Under the pieces are notes generated by a model. It did not search any database. It had not been told where the DNA came from and saw nothing but the letters and a program-made list of their open reading frames with translations. Positions 26,224 through 40,144 of a stretch of DNA of 64,000 nt are shown here, piece after piece (positions within the stretch are counted from its first letter, which is position 1; the number at the start of each line of letters is the position of its first letter). The translations under genes and the position numbers were made by a program. Location: positions 13,144,001 to 13,208,000 of the forward strand of contig CP075492.1 of the NCBI GenBank assembly GCA_021613535.1, read 5' to 3'. This DNA comes from Adineta vaga (lineage: Eukaryota > Animalia > Rotifera).

Positions 26224-26652
26224 ATGTATCGAAATGATTGTTTTGTATTGAGCTTTCTTGTACTTTCATTTATCATAATTTCTTTTTTCATTTTTGGTAC
26301 AACTAAAATGCCATCAAAATCATCATTATCTGCACCTGAACATATTCAAGAATTGATTCATAAATATCCTGTAGTTGTTTTTTCCAAATCAACATGTCCA
26401 TATTGTCAAAAAGCAAAAAAATTGCTCGCAAAATATAAATTAGAAGATAAATATTATGTACTTGAACTAAATGAATTATCTAATACAGATGAATATCAAA
26501 CTGAATTGAAAAAATTAACCGATGATCGAACTGTACCACGAATATTCATTGGTGGAAAATGTATTGGTGATGAAGAAGATTTGGAAAATTTAGAAAAACA
26601 AGGTGATTTAACACGTTTATTAAAAGAACATAAAGCAACTGAAGATTCTTAA
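26224..26652 (+). CDS. Dithiol glutaredoxin with N-terminal hydrophobic segment
   Basis: VVVFSKSTCPYCQKAK and RTVPRIFIGG motifs; the start could be the second Met (MPSKS). Confidence 0.92.
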   Translation: MYRNDCFVLSFLVLSFIIISFFIFGTTKMPSKSSLSAPEHIQELIHKYPVVVFSKSTCPYCQKAKKLLAKYKLEDKYYVLELNELSNTDEYQTELKKLTDDRTVPRIFIGGKCIGDEEDLENLEKQGDLTRLLKEHKATEDS

Positions 26653-26788
26653 AAAGAAATTTTTGTAATCAAGCATTCTTATAGTCAAATAAATTCTAGC
26701 CAAGCGAATGTAGACTTTCATATGAGATCAATTGAACAGATTATTTCGATATTTTTTACACAATCATTTATTTTATATAATAAATAAA

Positions 26789-27378
26789 TTATACCTCCCA
26801 TGCACTACTTTTCCGATTATCATCAGTCCTCATCTCTACATGTCGACGACTAAACCGCATGTATAGAAATCCAATAATACCTAATATAATTGCACCAACG
26901 AATACTAACATAAATGTCGAATTTCTAAAAAGAAATGTGTGCATGAATGATTGCAAATCATTGAAAGATCGTGAAATTTTACGTCGATGTGGAAGCTTTT
27001 CCTTTTTTATCTCCATCATCATCATCATCATCATTATCATTCTTAATAGATATCGATGGTGCCGGAAAGCGTTGGTTAGCCTTTCAGAAATCCGCTTTCG
27101 TTGAAGACATTCTGGTGATAATCGTTCTTCAGAACAATAATAATTTTCAGTGCCACAGTAGGGCATTTCGCAGTATGGATTAGCTGTCGATATTGGCGGT
27201 GGTGGTACTATTAATTATACATGATTATAATACTGATTAGAATGAAAAAATACGTACCATTAAATTTATTTATCAATCGAGAAACTACAGGTTCAATTTC
27301 TTCCACTACTCCTTGAATGGTGGTAACTATTGCTATTCCAACATTTACAATCGCTTTGAAAAGGAATAACCACTGCAT
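26789..27378 (-). CDS. Hypothetical single-pass membrane protein, 2 exons, with a poly-Met tract
   Basis: Exon 1 (MQWLFLFKAIVNVGIAIVTTIQG...KFN) splices in phase to VPPPPISTANPYCEMPYCG...; C-terminal TM FMLVFVGAIILGIIGFLYM. Confidence 0.6.
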
Positions 27379-28635
27379 TTTTTATTTCGTATAATATCAA
27401 TTTGAAATCGACAATACAACCGAATTGAACAAAAAAATAAAAGCCGTCGAGAGAAAAAACCTTTCAAAATGAAGAATGAAAGGCGCCTTATTTCAATATT
27501 ATTCGTAGACTACGAATCGATGGAAGTACCTAATTTCATTGTAGATTTTCATAGTATTTCGGTGATTTAAAAAGAAAATCTATAGAGATGATAGATGACC
27601 GGATATCATATTTAAATAGTGATTTTATGGTACTGTATCTTTTTTTGTATGAAGAGTAGAAGTGTTTATCATAAATAATTCTTAATTCTTCGCTACATGT
27701 AAATTCATTTCAATAGATTACCTATTGAAGAATATGAAAAAGCAAAGATTCATAATGATTGACATTAAAGTTTGATAACATTTACAAGGAGAAAGCGTTA
27801 ATCCGTGCTGACAACAAATAAAAGGTCATTGCTTTCGTCATTTGAACCAACAATGGACGAATAAATCTATAGCAGAGTTAGATCTATAAGTCACTTTCAT
27901 ATCGAATAGCAACCTATTACATTTCAAACATGTCTCTATGTATTGAAAGCTCAGAGAGAGTTATTTGAATCCCTCATGATATATGTAGGTCTTTTCTTTA
28001 CTGCAATATGTTCGGTCGCAATTAACATTGAAGTAAATAGAGTAGATGTTTTCACAAGTTTAATGATAGATTGGTAGCAGAGACAATAAAGAATGAAAAC
28101 TTCCTTGATAGCGAAATGCAAATTTTCGGTATCGACTAAATTGACAGACACTTCTAATGTATCTCTACTCATCTGTGAAGGTGTCAAACAACGCCCTAAT
28201 TATGTATGGTACATATTGTTTTCTTCTCGAATGTACCAATACAACAGAAAAAGTCATATTTCTGTTGCTTCGTGAGTTATTTTATGTATTTTCATACAGG
28301 GTAGAAGATATATAATTCAAGTCTAATTTATATCTTGTAATAATGGTAATTAGCTTATAATTAACAGCTATTCTTACATCTTTTTATTTCATACTGACTA
28401 AGGATTCAACCACTACTTTACATAACATAGTTTTTATGATATACAGATAGTTTTTTATCTTGTGACCTCGTCAACGTGTGAGAACCTTACGAAAAGATAT
28501 GTTTATTTGATTATGTTCGTATAAAAGCAACAGAATAAAAAATAAGATTTTGATACTCATTATCATACAAAGAACAAGCATAACAGAATAGAGAAAGGAA
28601 CAAAGAACAAATTTCAAAGTTTTGTTTTCTTGTAG

Positions 28636-29428
28636 ATGCTCTTCAATACAATCCATTCATCTGATGTTCGTCCAGGCGATCATCTTTATCGATATCGATT
28701 TTTTGAAATTCAAGAAGGTATTGCTGTTCAATGTTCACAAATTGCTCCTATCTGTGTTATTACATATATCAAAGATACATTTCAATTACTTACTCTCAAT
28801 GAATTTAAAGGACGAAGCTGTTTAAGACGAGTCATTTACAAACAAAGTAACAATTGTATAAAGAGAACAAAAAAAGTTTACAATCGACCACCAGAAGAAA
28901 TCGCTGAAAACGCTTTGCTTCTTCTCGAATGGATTAAAACATCACCTGATCGCGTTCGAACGCTTTTTTCCAATGATCTATCTCAATTTGCTCGACAATG
29001 TTGTACAACTGTACATGAACAATGGCGTACTATGTTTCAATCAATGTTAGAACAAACATCTTCGAAAAAATATCCTCTCGATAAAGGTACTGAAAATAAA
29101 GAATATTCTCATACTTATGATGAATCATTTTTTGCGTTCTTCTAGAAAAGAAACTACGTAAAAGTAAAGCATTCAATGTTGCACTGTTATGTGGTATGCC
29201 CTTTCGTCAAGCTTCACAAATCGGAAACGAAGAATTTTGGAATGAAAACTGTACATCACAAGATGAAAACGGTAATAGGATTCTGAATTCTATCAATGAG
29301 CAAAATATAAAATATAAGTTTTCTCTTTATTAGATTCAATCAATTCAGTAAATGATGACGATGAACACTTACTATTCCTTCCAACATCAAATGACTATCT
29401 ATTAGATGAAGATGTATCTCTGATATAG
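28636..29428 (+). CDS. LRAT/NC-domain (permuted NlpC/P60) protein, catalytic residues replaced; 3 exons
   Basis: VRPGDHLYRYR...QEGI, LTLNEFKG..LRRVIY, RPPEEIAENALLLL and LFSNDLSQFARQCCT follow the LRAT pattern PGDH...HHGI...NNCEHFA..C.TG. Confidence 0.65.
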
Positions 29429-29584
29429 TTTTTTTATGAAATACAATAAAGTGAAAGAGCACTCTGAATTAATGAAGAGATCTTTCGTTTTGATAGATCT
29501 TTGAATGAGTGACTGTGTTAATAAATTCTTGTCATCAGACATGTTGTATAAATGAAAAGATATTAAATAAACTGAAAATTTCGA

Positions 29585-30697
29585 TTACAGCGATGAAGAT
29601 ATTTTTGTCAATAATAGATCAAGAACAAGATGATCTAAATGAGGTCCATACGGTTTTACTCGTTCAATATGTTCGATATCACATTGATAATTGTTCTCAT
29701 TGGAATGAGTTTCTCTCATTAGACTTTCAATACGTTGTCTAACTTTTTCACTCCATTGTTCATGTGTTTCTTCTTTGACATTGACCACACCATGAACATG
29801 TAGACGACCACCTTCAGATCGAAGTGCTCGACAAGCTATTGGCCAACTAGCTTCCGATGATGGAATTAATCCTAGATTACATCGATCCGCTACACCAACA
29901 GGACATGTCTAGAAAGAAATCGAAAGATCAATGACAAAAAAAGAGTTGAAGAAATTACCACTTGATTATCTCCTAATAAAAGTGTATAGCGATCTTCATC
30001 AATATGATTCGCTTGAAGATTACGGCGTAGAGCTTCCATCGAATCAGGATTCCATTCACAAGCATATACATGTCGTGCATGTCCATGAACAAGAAATGGT
30101 AATGTAAAATATCCGATTCCAGCATAGAGATCAACAACAATTTCATTTACACAAGGCATTCGTCCCATTCTCATTCGTTCTGTATTATTTCCAGCACAAA
30201 ACATACTTTTATCAACATTGTATGAGAATCTGAAATCAAATTTATCGTTTTTTTGAGAATAAAAATCTAAACGAGACTAACCTACTTTACACCATTCTCA
30301 ACTAAATGTATCCATGGATCATTTCCGAGTACTAGTCGTGTAGTTGGTGATCGAAAATCATCATTCTTAATTGTACCTTCAAAAGCAATACGTTTGATTG
30401 AAGAACCGAATGCTCGAGCTACAGTGGTCCAGAACTGATCAGATGCTAAAACAATCGAAGATTTTCGTACAAAGTGACAACGTTTGGTTTTAACGAGAAA
30501 AAAAACAACAACAACTAACGAATATGAGTCGTCCATCGTGGATCAAGAAAACAACGAGTTGAAGGTAGAAGAAGCATGTCACCATGAACACGCCATTTTC
30601 GTGGGATATCATTTGATAATTGATCGTCCCACGTTAGATCATGTTCAGTACATAGCGACTGAAGTTGAACGGTAAGTTTTGCATGTGGAGAAGTCAT
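29585..30697 (-). CDS. TRMT12: tRNA wybutosine-synthesizing protein 2 (Trm5/TYW2 family)
   Basis: PRKWRVHGDMLLL, MFCAGNNTERMRM, VVDLYAGIGYFTLPFL, CEWNP, DRCNLGLIPSSEASWPIACRAL and VKPYGPHLDHLVLD. Confidence 0.93.
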
Positions 30698-30818
30698 TTC
30701 TAAAATAATACATGTGTTATTCATTGCGTAAAGACGCATGTCATTCTCTTTTTTATTTCAATAAAAGAATCAATAAAAAGATTAGATGGAGAAAAAGAAC
30801 ACTATGTCTCTTTTTGTT

Positions 30819-33241
30819 TTAATCGTGCCATTGAGCACCTAACGAATATGAAATGAATGAATAAGTATCTGCTAATTCTTCGATTCGTTTAACAGTTGGT
30901 TTACCCGCACCTAGAAAGAAAATGTTCTAGATGAATATTACAATATAAATGAAACATTACCATGTCCTGCTCGAACATCGATACGTATAACCAATGGACG
31001 ACCTAAACGATTCATTGTATCACCTAATTGATGTTGTAATTGTGCAATATATTTAAATGAATGAGCTGGAACGACTCGATCATCGTGATCAGCAGATGTT
31101 ATGAGTATTGATGGATACGATTTGGGATTGTCTGGAATATTATGTAATGGTGAAATCGATTTAACCCATTCAAATTCTTCTGGTAGATCTGGATTACCAT
31201 ATTCACCACACCAATAATATCCTGAAATAAAACAACATAGTCGTTTCCTTTCTTATTCGATTCCATATCATACCTATGGTAAATTTATGATATCGATATA
31301 AATCAAGTACACCAACTTGTATGATAACACAACCGAATAAATCTGGTCGCATATTAGCACAAGCAGCAACTGTCAATCCACCGTTACTTCCACCCATAAT
31401 AGAAATTTTATCTGGTTGAGTATATTGATTTGAAATAAGCCATTCAGTACAAGCACATAGATCGAGATAAGTATTTCTTTTCTTTGATTTATATCCATCT
31501 TTATGCCATACTTCGCCATATTCAGCACCACCACGAACATTCGTAAGAACAAAGATACCATCGAAATGATAGATCCAAAGGAGTGCAGCAATAGAAAAGA
31601 ATGGTTTCATTGAAATGGAAAAACCACCGTAGACATAAATATTTGTTGGATTTTGTGAATTTTTTTGTAAATCTTTTCGATGAATTAAAAACATTGGAAC
31701 TTTTACGGGATTTGATGGATCTAATCCATCCGAATCGACAAAAACTTGTTCGGTAACTAATGCATTGAGATCAAGACCTTCGAATTCAATTCGTTTGAAG
31801 ATATTCAATGGAGCATCAATCGAATCAGCTAGATCACATTTATAAATTGTAGTTGGAGAAAGAAATGATTCCAAACGAACGAAAATTTCTGATTCATGTT
31901 GATCACCCCTAGAGAAAATTTCATTGAATAGTGTGATGAATGAATGCATACAATCTAACAAATATATTCTTACCAAATCGAAATATTTCCAATAGGTAAA
32001 TCAAATTTACGTATTTGTTTTCCACTTTCCATTTCATGTAAATAAAGAATTGATTTAACATGTGATAAATATCGAACAAGTAAATATTTCTTATGAACCC
32101 GTGTAATATCTTCTAAGATATCGTTTTTATCTTCTTTAATTATGTCTTTGATTTCTTTTGTTTTTATATTCATAGTAATCAAACGAAAGTTTTCTGCTTG
32201 AGCATTAGTTTTCAAATAAAGTAAATCACCTTCTGATGTTACAAAATTATAGACATAATCCATACTATCAATTAATTTTGTCCAATTCGGTTGTTCAACG
32301 ATAGATTCCGATTGTTTAGTCAATGGAAGAATCCATAGTTTATTTTCGTGTAATGTTCCTTTCGATATACTAGCAATTAAATATAGACCATCATCTGATG
32401 TTTCAACCGAAAAGAAATGTTCATTCAAATCATCTGTACATCGAGCAATACACACATCCGATGAACGAGGAGTACCGAGACGATGAAAATAAATTTCTTG
32501 AATATCTGTACGAGTTACTTCAATGCCCGTCTAAACAATAGAAGAAGAAAAATCAAATAAATCTTTTATTTTCATATCAGATAGGAATATTCACTTCAGT
32601 TTGACCAGTTTTTGAATCTTCAGACGATGTTTTTGTATCAGAGCATCTGCATATGTGGCATAGAAAATACCACGATTATCCGTTGTCCAACGTAATGATG
32701 AAAATTTTGTTCGAGTAATCACGTCATCTAATTTTTCACGAGATGCAACATCCATAAAATATAGAGTTGACCAATCTGAACCAGCATCGGATACGCTATA
32801 ACATAATGTTTTTGCATCGAATGAAAAATTCAATGATTGAATAGAAACTGTTCCATCTTTTGAAAATGTATTTGGATCAAGTAATATTTGACTTTGATCC
32901 GTTGATTTTGATAAAGAATCTAATTCATAATAAACATCTTGATTTTGAAGACCCGTATTCATGTAATAGTAATATTTTCCGTTGGGTTGTTTTGATGGAC
33001 AGGAAAATTTTGGAATATTAAAAACTTCTTTCAAATGTTCGAAGAATTTTGTTCGATATGGAATTTTACCTAAATAATTTTCACTTATCGCATTTTGTTC
33101 GGAAACAAATTTGATTGTTTCTTCTGAATCAGGATCTTCAAGCCAACGATATGCATCATTGATCGTGACTGTATTGTTACCATATGAATCTGAAATAGTC
33201 GCATCACGACGTATAGATGGATATGTAATAGTAGAAGACAT
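30819..33241 (-). CDS. PREP: Prolyl oligopeptidase (S9A)
   Basis: DAYRWLEDPDSEET, LLDPNTFSKDGT; catalytic triad motifs GGSNGG, ADHDDRV and AGHGAGKPT. Confidence 0.96.
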
Positions 33242-33537
33242 CTGAAATTAAGCGAAGAAAAGATCATATGTATTCTTCATCCCTACTGTTTCTGATTGTA
33301 TCCAATCGAATATTCTTTATTTTGATATTTATTATCCTCATACATTGTAATTATTGAGTAAGAAACGAAACAATACCTTTAAGAATTTATTGCGTTAAAT
33401 AACTTTAAGTAAAAAAAGAAAGAAGAAACAGAACGAATGGTATCAAAATCTTTCATAGAATGAAAGACAATGATTATATCAGTTTTGATAAATAGATATA
33501 TACATAGAAGAAGAAGCACGCTGGAAATTCAACATTT

Positions 33538-35850
33538 TTATTCAGCATGGTCATGTTGTACTGGTGTTTTTTTGAATAGACGTTGTGTAAGAGCATGACG
33601 AGAAGCCATTAAACGAACTTTTAAATCTTGTAAACGTTGTCGAAATGAAGTTTGAGAACGTTTCGGACCGAATGCAAATTCTTTAGTAGTTAAATTATGT
33701 AAACCACCAAAAGCAAGTGCAACAGCTGTACATCCCAAACAGATTACATTGAATGGCATACTGAAATCTGGTGTTGGTAGATTTACTAATAATGATTCGG
33801 AATATAATCGAACAAAACCATCGGATGATGAAAGACTAGTTACAAAGATCAACAGAATATTTAATGTCGATGAGAAAATAAAACGACCTTTACCTTTGAT
33901 TTAAAGAAAATGAATTTAATGATCGAAGGATATAGTTTGATTTTGAAGGTAGTATAGTAGAAATCACAGCACTTGGAATATAAAATCCATGATTTGGATC
34001 AGGTGGAAATTCGTTCCATTTAAGAAAAGCCATTTCAAATTCAAAACTTATTACTATTGATTGTTTTGTTTTAACTATTAATTCTAATTGATAAGATCTT
34101 TCACGATCTTTACCTGGCACATACGATATATGATCTTAATAAATGAAGAACAAAAAATAAACGAAATGAGTCAAATATATTGAAATTAAACATATCCTAC
34201 CGGGTTGAAGTTCAGTTCTCGGATCATCAAGTGTCGTTATCTTAAGTGTATGAAGAAAAACACGAAAATACCAAGGAATTTGTTCGAAATAGAGTAAAGT
34301 TATCTGATCATTTGTTTGTTCTTCATGAATTTTTATCACAGTTTCAATACCACCATCACGAACACTATAACCTAATCGACACGAAATGAATTCAAACGTT
34401 GATATAATACTTTGATTCGTTCTCTCACCTGTAGCATATCGATGAACGACAATTGGAGGAGATAAAGAAGCATTTTGATTATTATTTGATATTTGTTGTT
34501 TAGTATGAGTACAACTCATTGCAAATGTGGTATCTTTTCGTTTGTCATTATTTAAGTCATATATTACAATTGGTACAGTTCCTTGTTTGATTGAATGATC
34601 TGGTTCAGGACTAATATTTAATGAATGTGTCTAGAAAAAGAGATGGTCTGTTTTTTATACATAGATTTGAAAATGTAACATACAGATGACAATTGTAAGT
34701 CAACATAAATATTTGTCAATGAACTGAGTGGACATGATTGAGCAACATTTGATCCGAAAATGGATCGAAATGTCCATTCTAAAGATAAAAAAAATGATAA
34801 GATTGAAACTATGAAGAAATCATCGAACAAACCATTATGATTTGGTTTTGATGTTGCTGTGTTCACCACAATCGCTAATGCCATAGATAGTTCAAGTTGC
34901 GTAGATGTACATTCAGTATTCTACAGAAGAATAGACAATTTCTAAAGGTAAATACATATGATTTAATTCTTACAGCACATATTTGTCGTAGATCCATTCG
35001 AAGTGAATGATAATCACTATGATGTAATTTTGGAGCATTATCAAGTAATCCGGCAAGACCTTTATGATTTGAACCACCAGCAACACATGGTAATAGTTTT
35101 TTCCATGGTGTTAGATTTTCTGTATAAAAAAAAATTTGTATCTCGTATTCGATTGAAATGAAAGAAAAACAAACCGGTACAAACGATTTCTCGTGGTAAA
35201 GCAGCATATCGAAGTAGAGAATTATCTAGTTTAGCACTATTTGAAACAGATAATGTTGATTGTGGTCGAAAAGAATAATGTGGTGAACTTGAACTAACAT
35301 TTGAAGCGACGAAATTGAGTGAAGCACATAACAAACCACCTAATTCATGGGCAAAGGAAGTCCAACGAGAAGCTACACTATAAATTTCATCATTCAGTTT
35401 TATCAAATAAAATCATAATCTTTTAATTCTTACTCTTTTTGTTCATCTGGCTTGAACCATGCCCAAACTTCTGCTCCTGGTGGTGCACCAACAATTGGCA
35501 TACCCCATCGATCATATCTCCAGAGACCTTGTGTTAATGAAACATGAAATTCACTGACACCATTTGATCGAACAATATCAGCAATAACTTTTGGAAAAAG
35601 ATGATAATGATGAACTATTTATAAGAAAGAATCATCAATATACATCAAATCATTCTTCAATAGATTTACCAATATTTGATTTGAGAATATCTGGTGATAC
35701 AACCGTTGTAAACAAAAGATTGAAATATGTATGTCCACTTGATAACGGACGAATATATAATTCTTCTTTGTAAATATCTTCTTTCGTCGAACAATAATGA
35801 ATAAAAAGGAATAACAAATTAAGGCAAAATTTCAACTTTGTTGAATACAT
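33538..35850 (-). CDS. PIGT: GPI transamidase component PIG-T (Gpi16)
   Basis: Signal peptide, [64 protein letters not shown] and [15 protein letters not shown]. Confidence 0.96.
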
Positions 35851-36117
35851 TTCTGAAATGAAAATACTTCTAAAAAAAACCATTTTCAAGTGTGTGAATT
35901 AACATGATCTTTATTCGTTTCTACGACGGAAAGAAGAAAACGCACAACAAAATAAGTAACTAAGGACACGGTTGAGCGTTTAGAAAAGAAAAAGAGAATA
36001 GGAACAACATATGAAAGAAAAAAAAAGTTAATTCTACACCATGAATGGACTGTTATGTTGTGTCTTTTCTTTGTGGTTTATTTTTTCCATGTACCTAAAT
36101 GAAAAGAATAGAGATTA

Positions 36118-36891
36118 TTAAAGAAGAGAAATATTTTTATCGATTAGAAACTGACCTGTTTCATAATCCCATTTAGATGCTAAACCAGTCATAGGACCTT
36201 GACGAGCAGCAATATGAAATTGTAATTGTTTCTTCAATTTCTCATCACTCATACTATCTGGTTTATCAAAACGATAACCTAAAACGATACGAAATTTAGA
36301 ATATTGACATGATGACAAAATCCAAACGTACAAATACGTCGCCATCCATCATAAGCTAAAACTGCACCAGCACAGGCAATAAGTGTCCATCCAACTGCCC
36401 ATTTCCAAATGCCAGTTGGTGCAGTAAATTCTTCAAATGTTTGACGGAAGCTTGATCGATATACTAAATAGATAAAGAATATCGCATTAAAACTAACTGT
36501 GAAAGAAGATTTCATACTGATACGTACATCGTTTCTTTTCATCAACCGATAATTGTTTCCAATCAGCTTGTTCTTTCTTTCTCAATCCAGCAATTTCAGC
36601 TGTGTCGGCTTCCCAACGAATACTTGGACAAGGAAACATAACCAAATCGAAATATTCTGGTTTACCTTTCAAACCATAACCAACAATTTCACGATTACCA
36701 ATACGTGGATGCATTCGCATACGATCATTATCGAGTGATGGTGGTGCTTTTCGATTGTCTAAAACAACTGGACTATTGTGAGCAACAGTAGCACTTGATG
36801 CTGTTGAAGCTTCAGCTCGACATTGATGTTGTAATAAAGAAGCTAGTTGAGGTTGAGTTAATTTAACTTGTCGAAGAAGAAAATTACTCAT
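36118..36891 (-). CDS. COX4: Cytochrome c oxidase subunit 4
   Basis: IGNREIVGYG, LRKKEQADWKQLSVDEKK, LYRSSFRQTFEE and GPMTGLASKWDY. Confidence 0.95.
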
Positions 36892-38053
36892 TTTTGAATT
36901 TCTTCAAACTAAATTTCTATCTAAAGTTTTCAAAGCTTATAAGAAAACAAATTTGAAAAGAAATACAAAACAAAATAAACAATAATAACGACAACGACAC
37001 CAACCCATGTACATACAACTTTACAGTTCTATTGGTCAATTTCTATCGACGAATCAAATAGTACAGAGACACCTTCATCACAAAAAAAAACTATGTATTT
37101 ACTACAATTTACAACTCCATCTAAGAAAGACACATATTGATCAAATTATATCATCTTCTGCTCTTTAATCTAACTTGAATGATTGTTAAACATGTTACTA
37201 ATTTTCACAAATAATCACTATATAGATTTTGAAAACGAAAATATCTAATGCACAGGAATAGAGTAATGGCGTCTTACCTTGTTTTCAAAAATTCATTCTT
37301 TGACTTGAAGAAAACACTAAACAATCATATGAATAAGGATAATGCCTTATAGAATCAAACGCATATATCGCATTCATTTATCCAAAAAGAAATCGTATGA
37401 TTAATTTTAAATAGATATCTATGTTCTTTATTAATCAGGAAATGATTAAGTTTATTTATGTGAAAATATATTTTTACCTATGAAGATAGCACAAACAAAT
37501 ATCTCTAACAGTACTGTCGATTCGATTTCTAAAGGTACAACATATATCGAACTGTTAGCCCCGCTTCACGTGTCGTCATTTTAGTTGTATAGTTGAACTC
37601 ATATGAAAATTACATAAAGCAACATATTTTGTTGTTCAAGACTTTTTCAACAAAGAATTAAATATACGCATAAATTTCATTTCTATTTCTTCCTCTACCA
37701 TCACCATGCTGATATCCATCTTATTTCTATTGGTTGATTAGTGTAAACCAATGAAATAGCATAGTGTGGCCTTTAGAAGTGATTTCAAAAAAAATATTAT
37801 GCCAACTCTGATCGAGATAAAACAAATTAAATTATTTTCATTCTGAATAAATATTAGAGAAATCTGCTGTTCTTTTTGTTTTGTTATACATATGTGTCGA
37901 ACGTAATTGCAAGACAACTTTTTTGAGTCATACTTCTCGCATTTTTTTTCCTTTCTAACTCATTCATCCGAGGAGGAACAAGAAAGTAAGTAAACAGTGA
38001 CAACTCACAGACAAATTTTTATTGTCAATGTCTTGTTTTCTAGAGAAATAATC

Positions 38054-40144
38054 ATGAAATTATACTTATTAATTTCTTTCCTGATATATTATTATATGAA
38101 ATATACATCAGCAACACTTGTTGATGGAATAGTAACATTATCATGGACACTGAGTGGCTCATCGCCAGTCGTTGATCGTTTTCTAACTAGTGATACACAA
38201 ATTCAACTGAGACTTCTTTGTCGTGAGCAATCGACAAACACAAATCAGACTCAAGAGCAAATCAGAAAAAGTTTAAGCAAAGCATATGCCAAAACAAAAG
38301 TTCGAATAAGTGGCCGAATTGGTCGCATTGTTGGTTGTTTACCATTACAATCGGATTCATTCATGACAGCAAATAAAGTAGCAGCTAAAAATGGACAAGA
38401 TACTCGATCTTTGCTACAGACATTTTATGAAAATTTATGGGATGAAATGGAAATTCGAAAATTTGAAATGCTATCAGCTGATTGTGACAATGACGAAAAT
38501 TTATTAGTTGAGAACTATAGTACCATGACTGAACCCAAAATTCGACCAGAAAAAGCTTTTGAAATAAGACAAAAACTATTTGCACAACAACAAGAAGAAG
38601 ATTCAAGTAAAATCAATTCTCTGTTGAATTTAATTTTCTCTTCTTTTCTCTAGAAAGTAAAAAGGTACGTCGTGCTGATGAAACGAAACCAGATGATAAG
38701 AAAAGTCCATTAGCAGCAGCTGTCAGTAAACAAGGCGATAAAAAGTTACAAACATGGGCCGATGGATATTATTTTATTGAACTTTCTCCACCGGAAATTG
38801 TCGATGGTAATGCTCAAGAACTTGATGTTGATGTGATTGTTACTATGAAAAATCGTCATGGTGGTTATATAACTGCAGATGAATATCCAGCCTTAGTTTT
38901 CTATGGTGTTATGTGTGGTATTTATGGATTGTTTGCAATCCTTTGGTGTGTTTGGTGCGCATTCTATTGGAAAGAATTACTTAAAATACAATTTTGGATA
39001 GCTGGTGTTATTCTTCTTGGTATTATTGAAAAAGCAGCATTTATTGCTGAATATGATACTGTTAATCGACAAGGGTAAATATGATAGAAAGAAAAATGAA
39101 TTGTTCTTAAATCTTTTGTTTTTTCTTCATAAATTTCAGTTATAAAGTTCATTTTGCTATTGTAACAGCTGAAGTTCTTTCCTGTTTAAAACGTACTGTA
39201 TCACGTATGTTGGTTATTATTGTTGCACTTGGTTATGGTATTGTTAAACCACGTCTTGGTCCATTGAAACAAAAAGTTTTTGGTATGGGTTTACTTTATT
39301 TTGGTATTGCTACAACTGAAGCAATACTTCGTTTGAATACAAAAAATGATGAAGCAAATAATAAAGTTGCCATTTCACGTATTCCATTAGCAATTATTGA
39401 TGCAACAATTTATTATTGGATATTTACGGGCTTAGTTGCAACAACTCGAACATTACGTTTAAGAAATAATGTTGTAAAATTAAATGTTTATCGACATTTT
39501 ACAAATACATTAATATTTGCTATTGTCGCTAGTTTATTATTTATGATTTGGTCATTAAAATCACACTTTTTTACAGCATGTGTAAAAAATTGGAGAGAAT
39601 TTTGGGTAAGACAATTTTCTAGTTGATTTTCATTAAATAAACTTTCTTCTAGGTCGATGATGCTTTTTGGCATGTTCTCTTTTCATTGATTCTCCTCGTT
39701 ATTATGTTCTTATTTCGACCATCAAATAATAATCAACGATATGCTTTCGTTCCTTTACTTGATCATTCGGATAATGATAATGATGACGAATTCGATGATG
39801 ACGATGATGACAAAGGTAATGAGTCACATACTTTTCTTCTTTTATCTAAATATTTCAATATTTGATTGTTATTTTTAGAATCGGCCGTATTTGATTCTGT
39901 AACCATGCGTAAAGCAACAAATCTTGAAAATGGTGCTGCACCAAAGACAAAAAAACAACAACAGGCATTTTTGAATCGTGAAGCGAATGTATCTGGTGGT
40001 GCAACGGGTAATGGCGCTGTTGAAGACGCTCTCGCATGGGTCGAGGGTAACATTCCAACATCCATTGCTGATCAAGCATTACAAGCATTAGATAGCGAAG
40101 ATGAAATAGTTAATACAAAATTAGAACGATCGAAAATGCAATAA
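38054..40144 (+). CDS. TMEM87: TMEM87 / lung seven-transmembrane (GOST) family protein
   Basis: Signal peptide; [55 protein letters not shown] and [11 protein letters not shown]; C-terminus ERSKMQ. Confidence 0.94.

Noticed and set aside
27951-28275. Overlapping short ORFs, possible transposon relic
   Set aside because: No transposase or RT motif and no terminal repeats seen.
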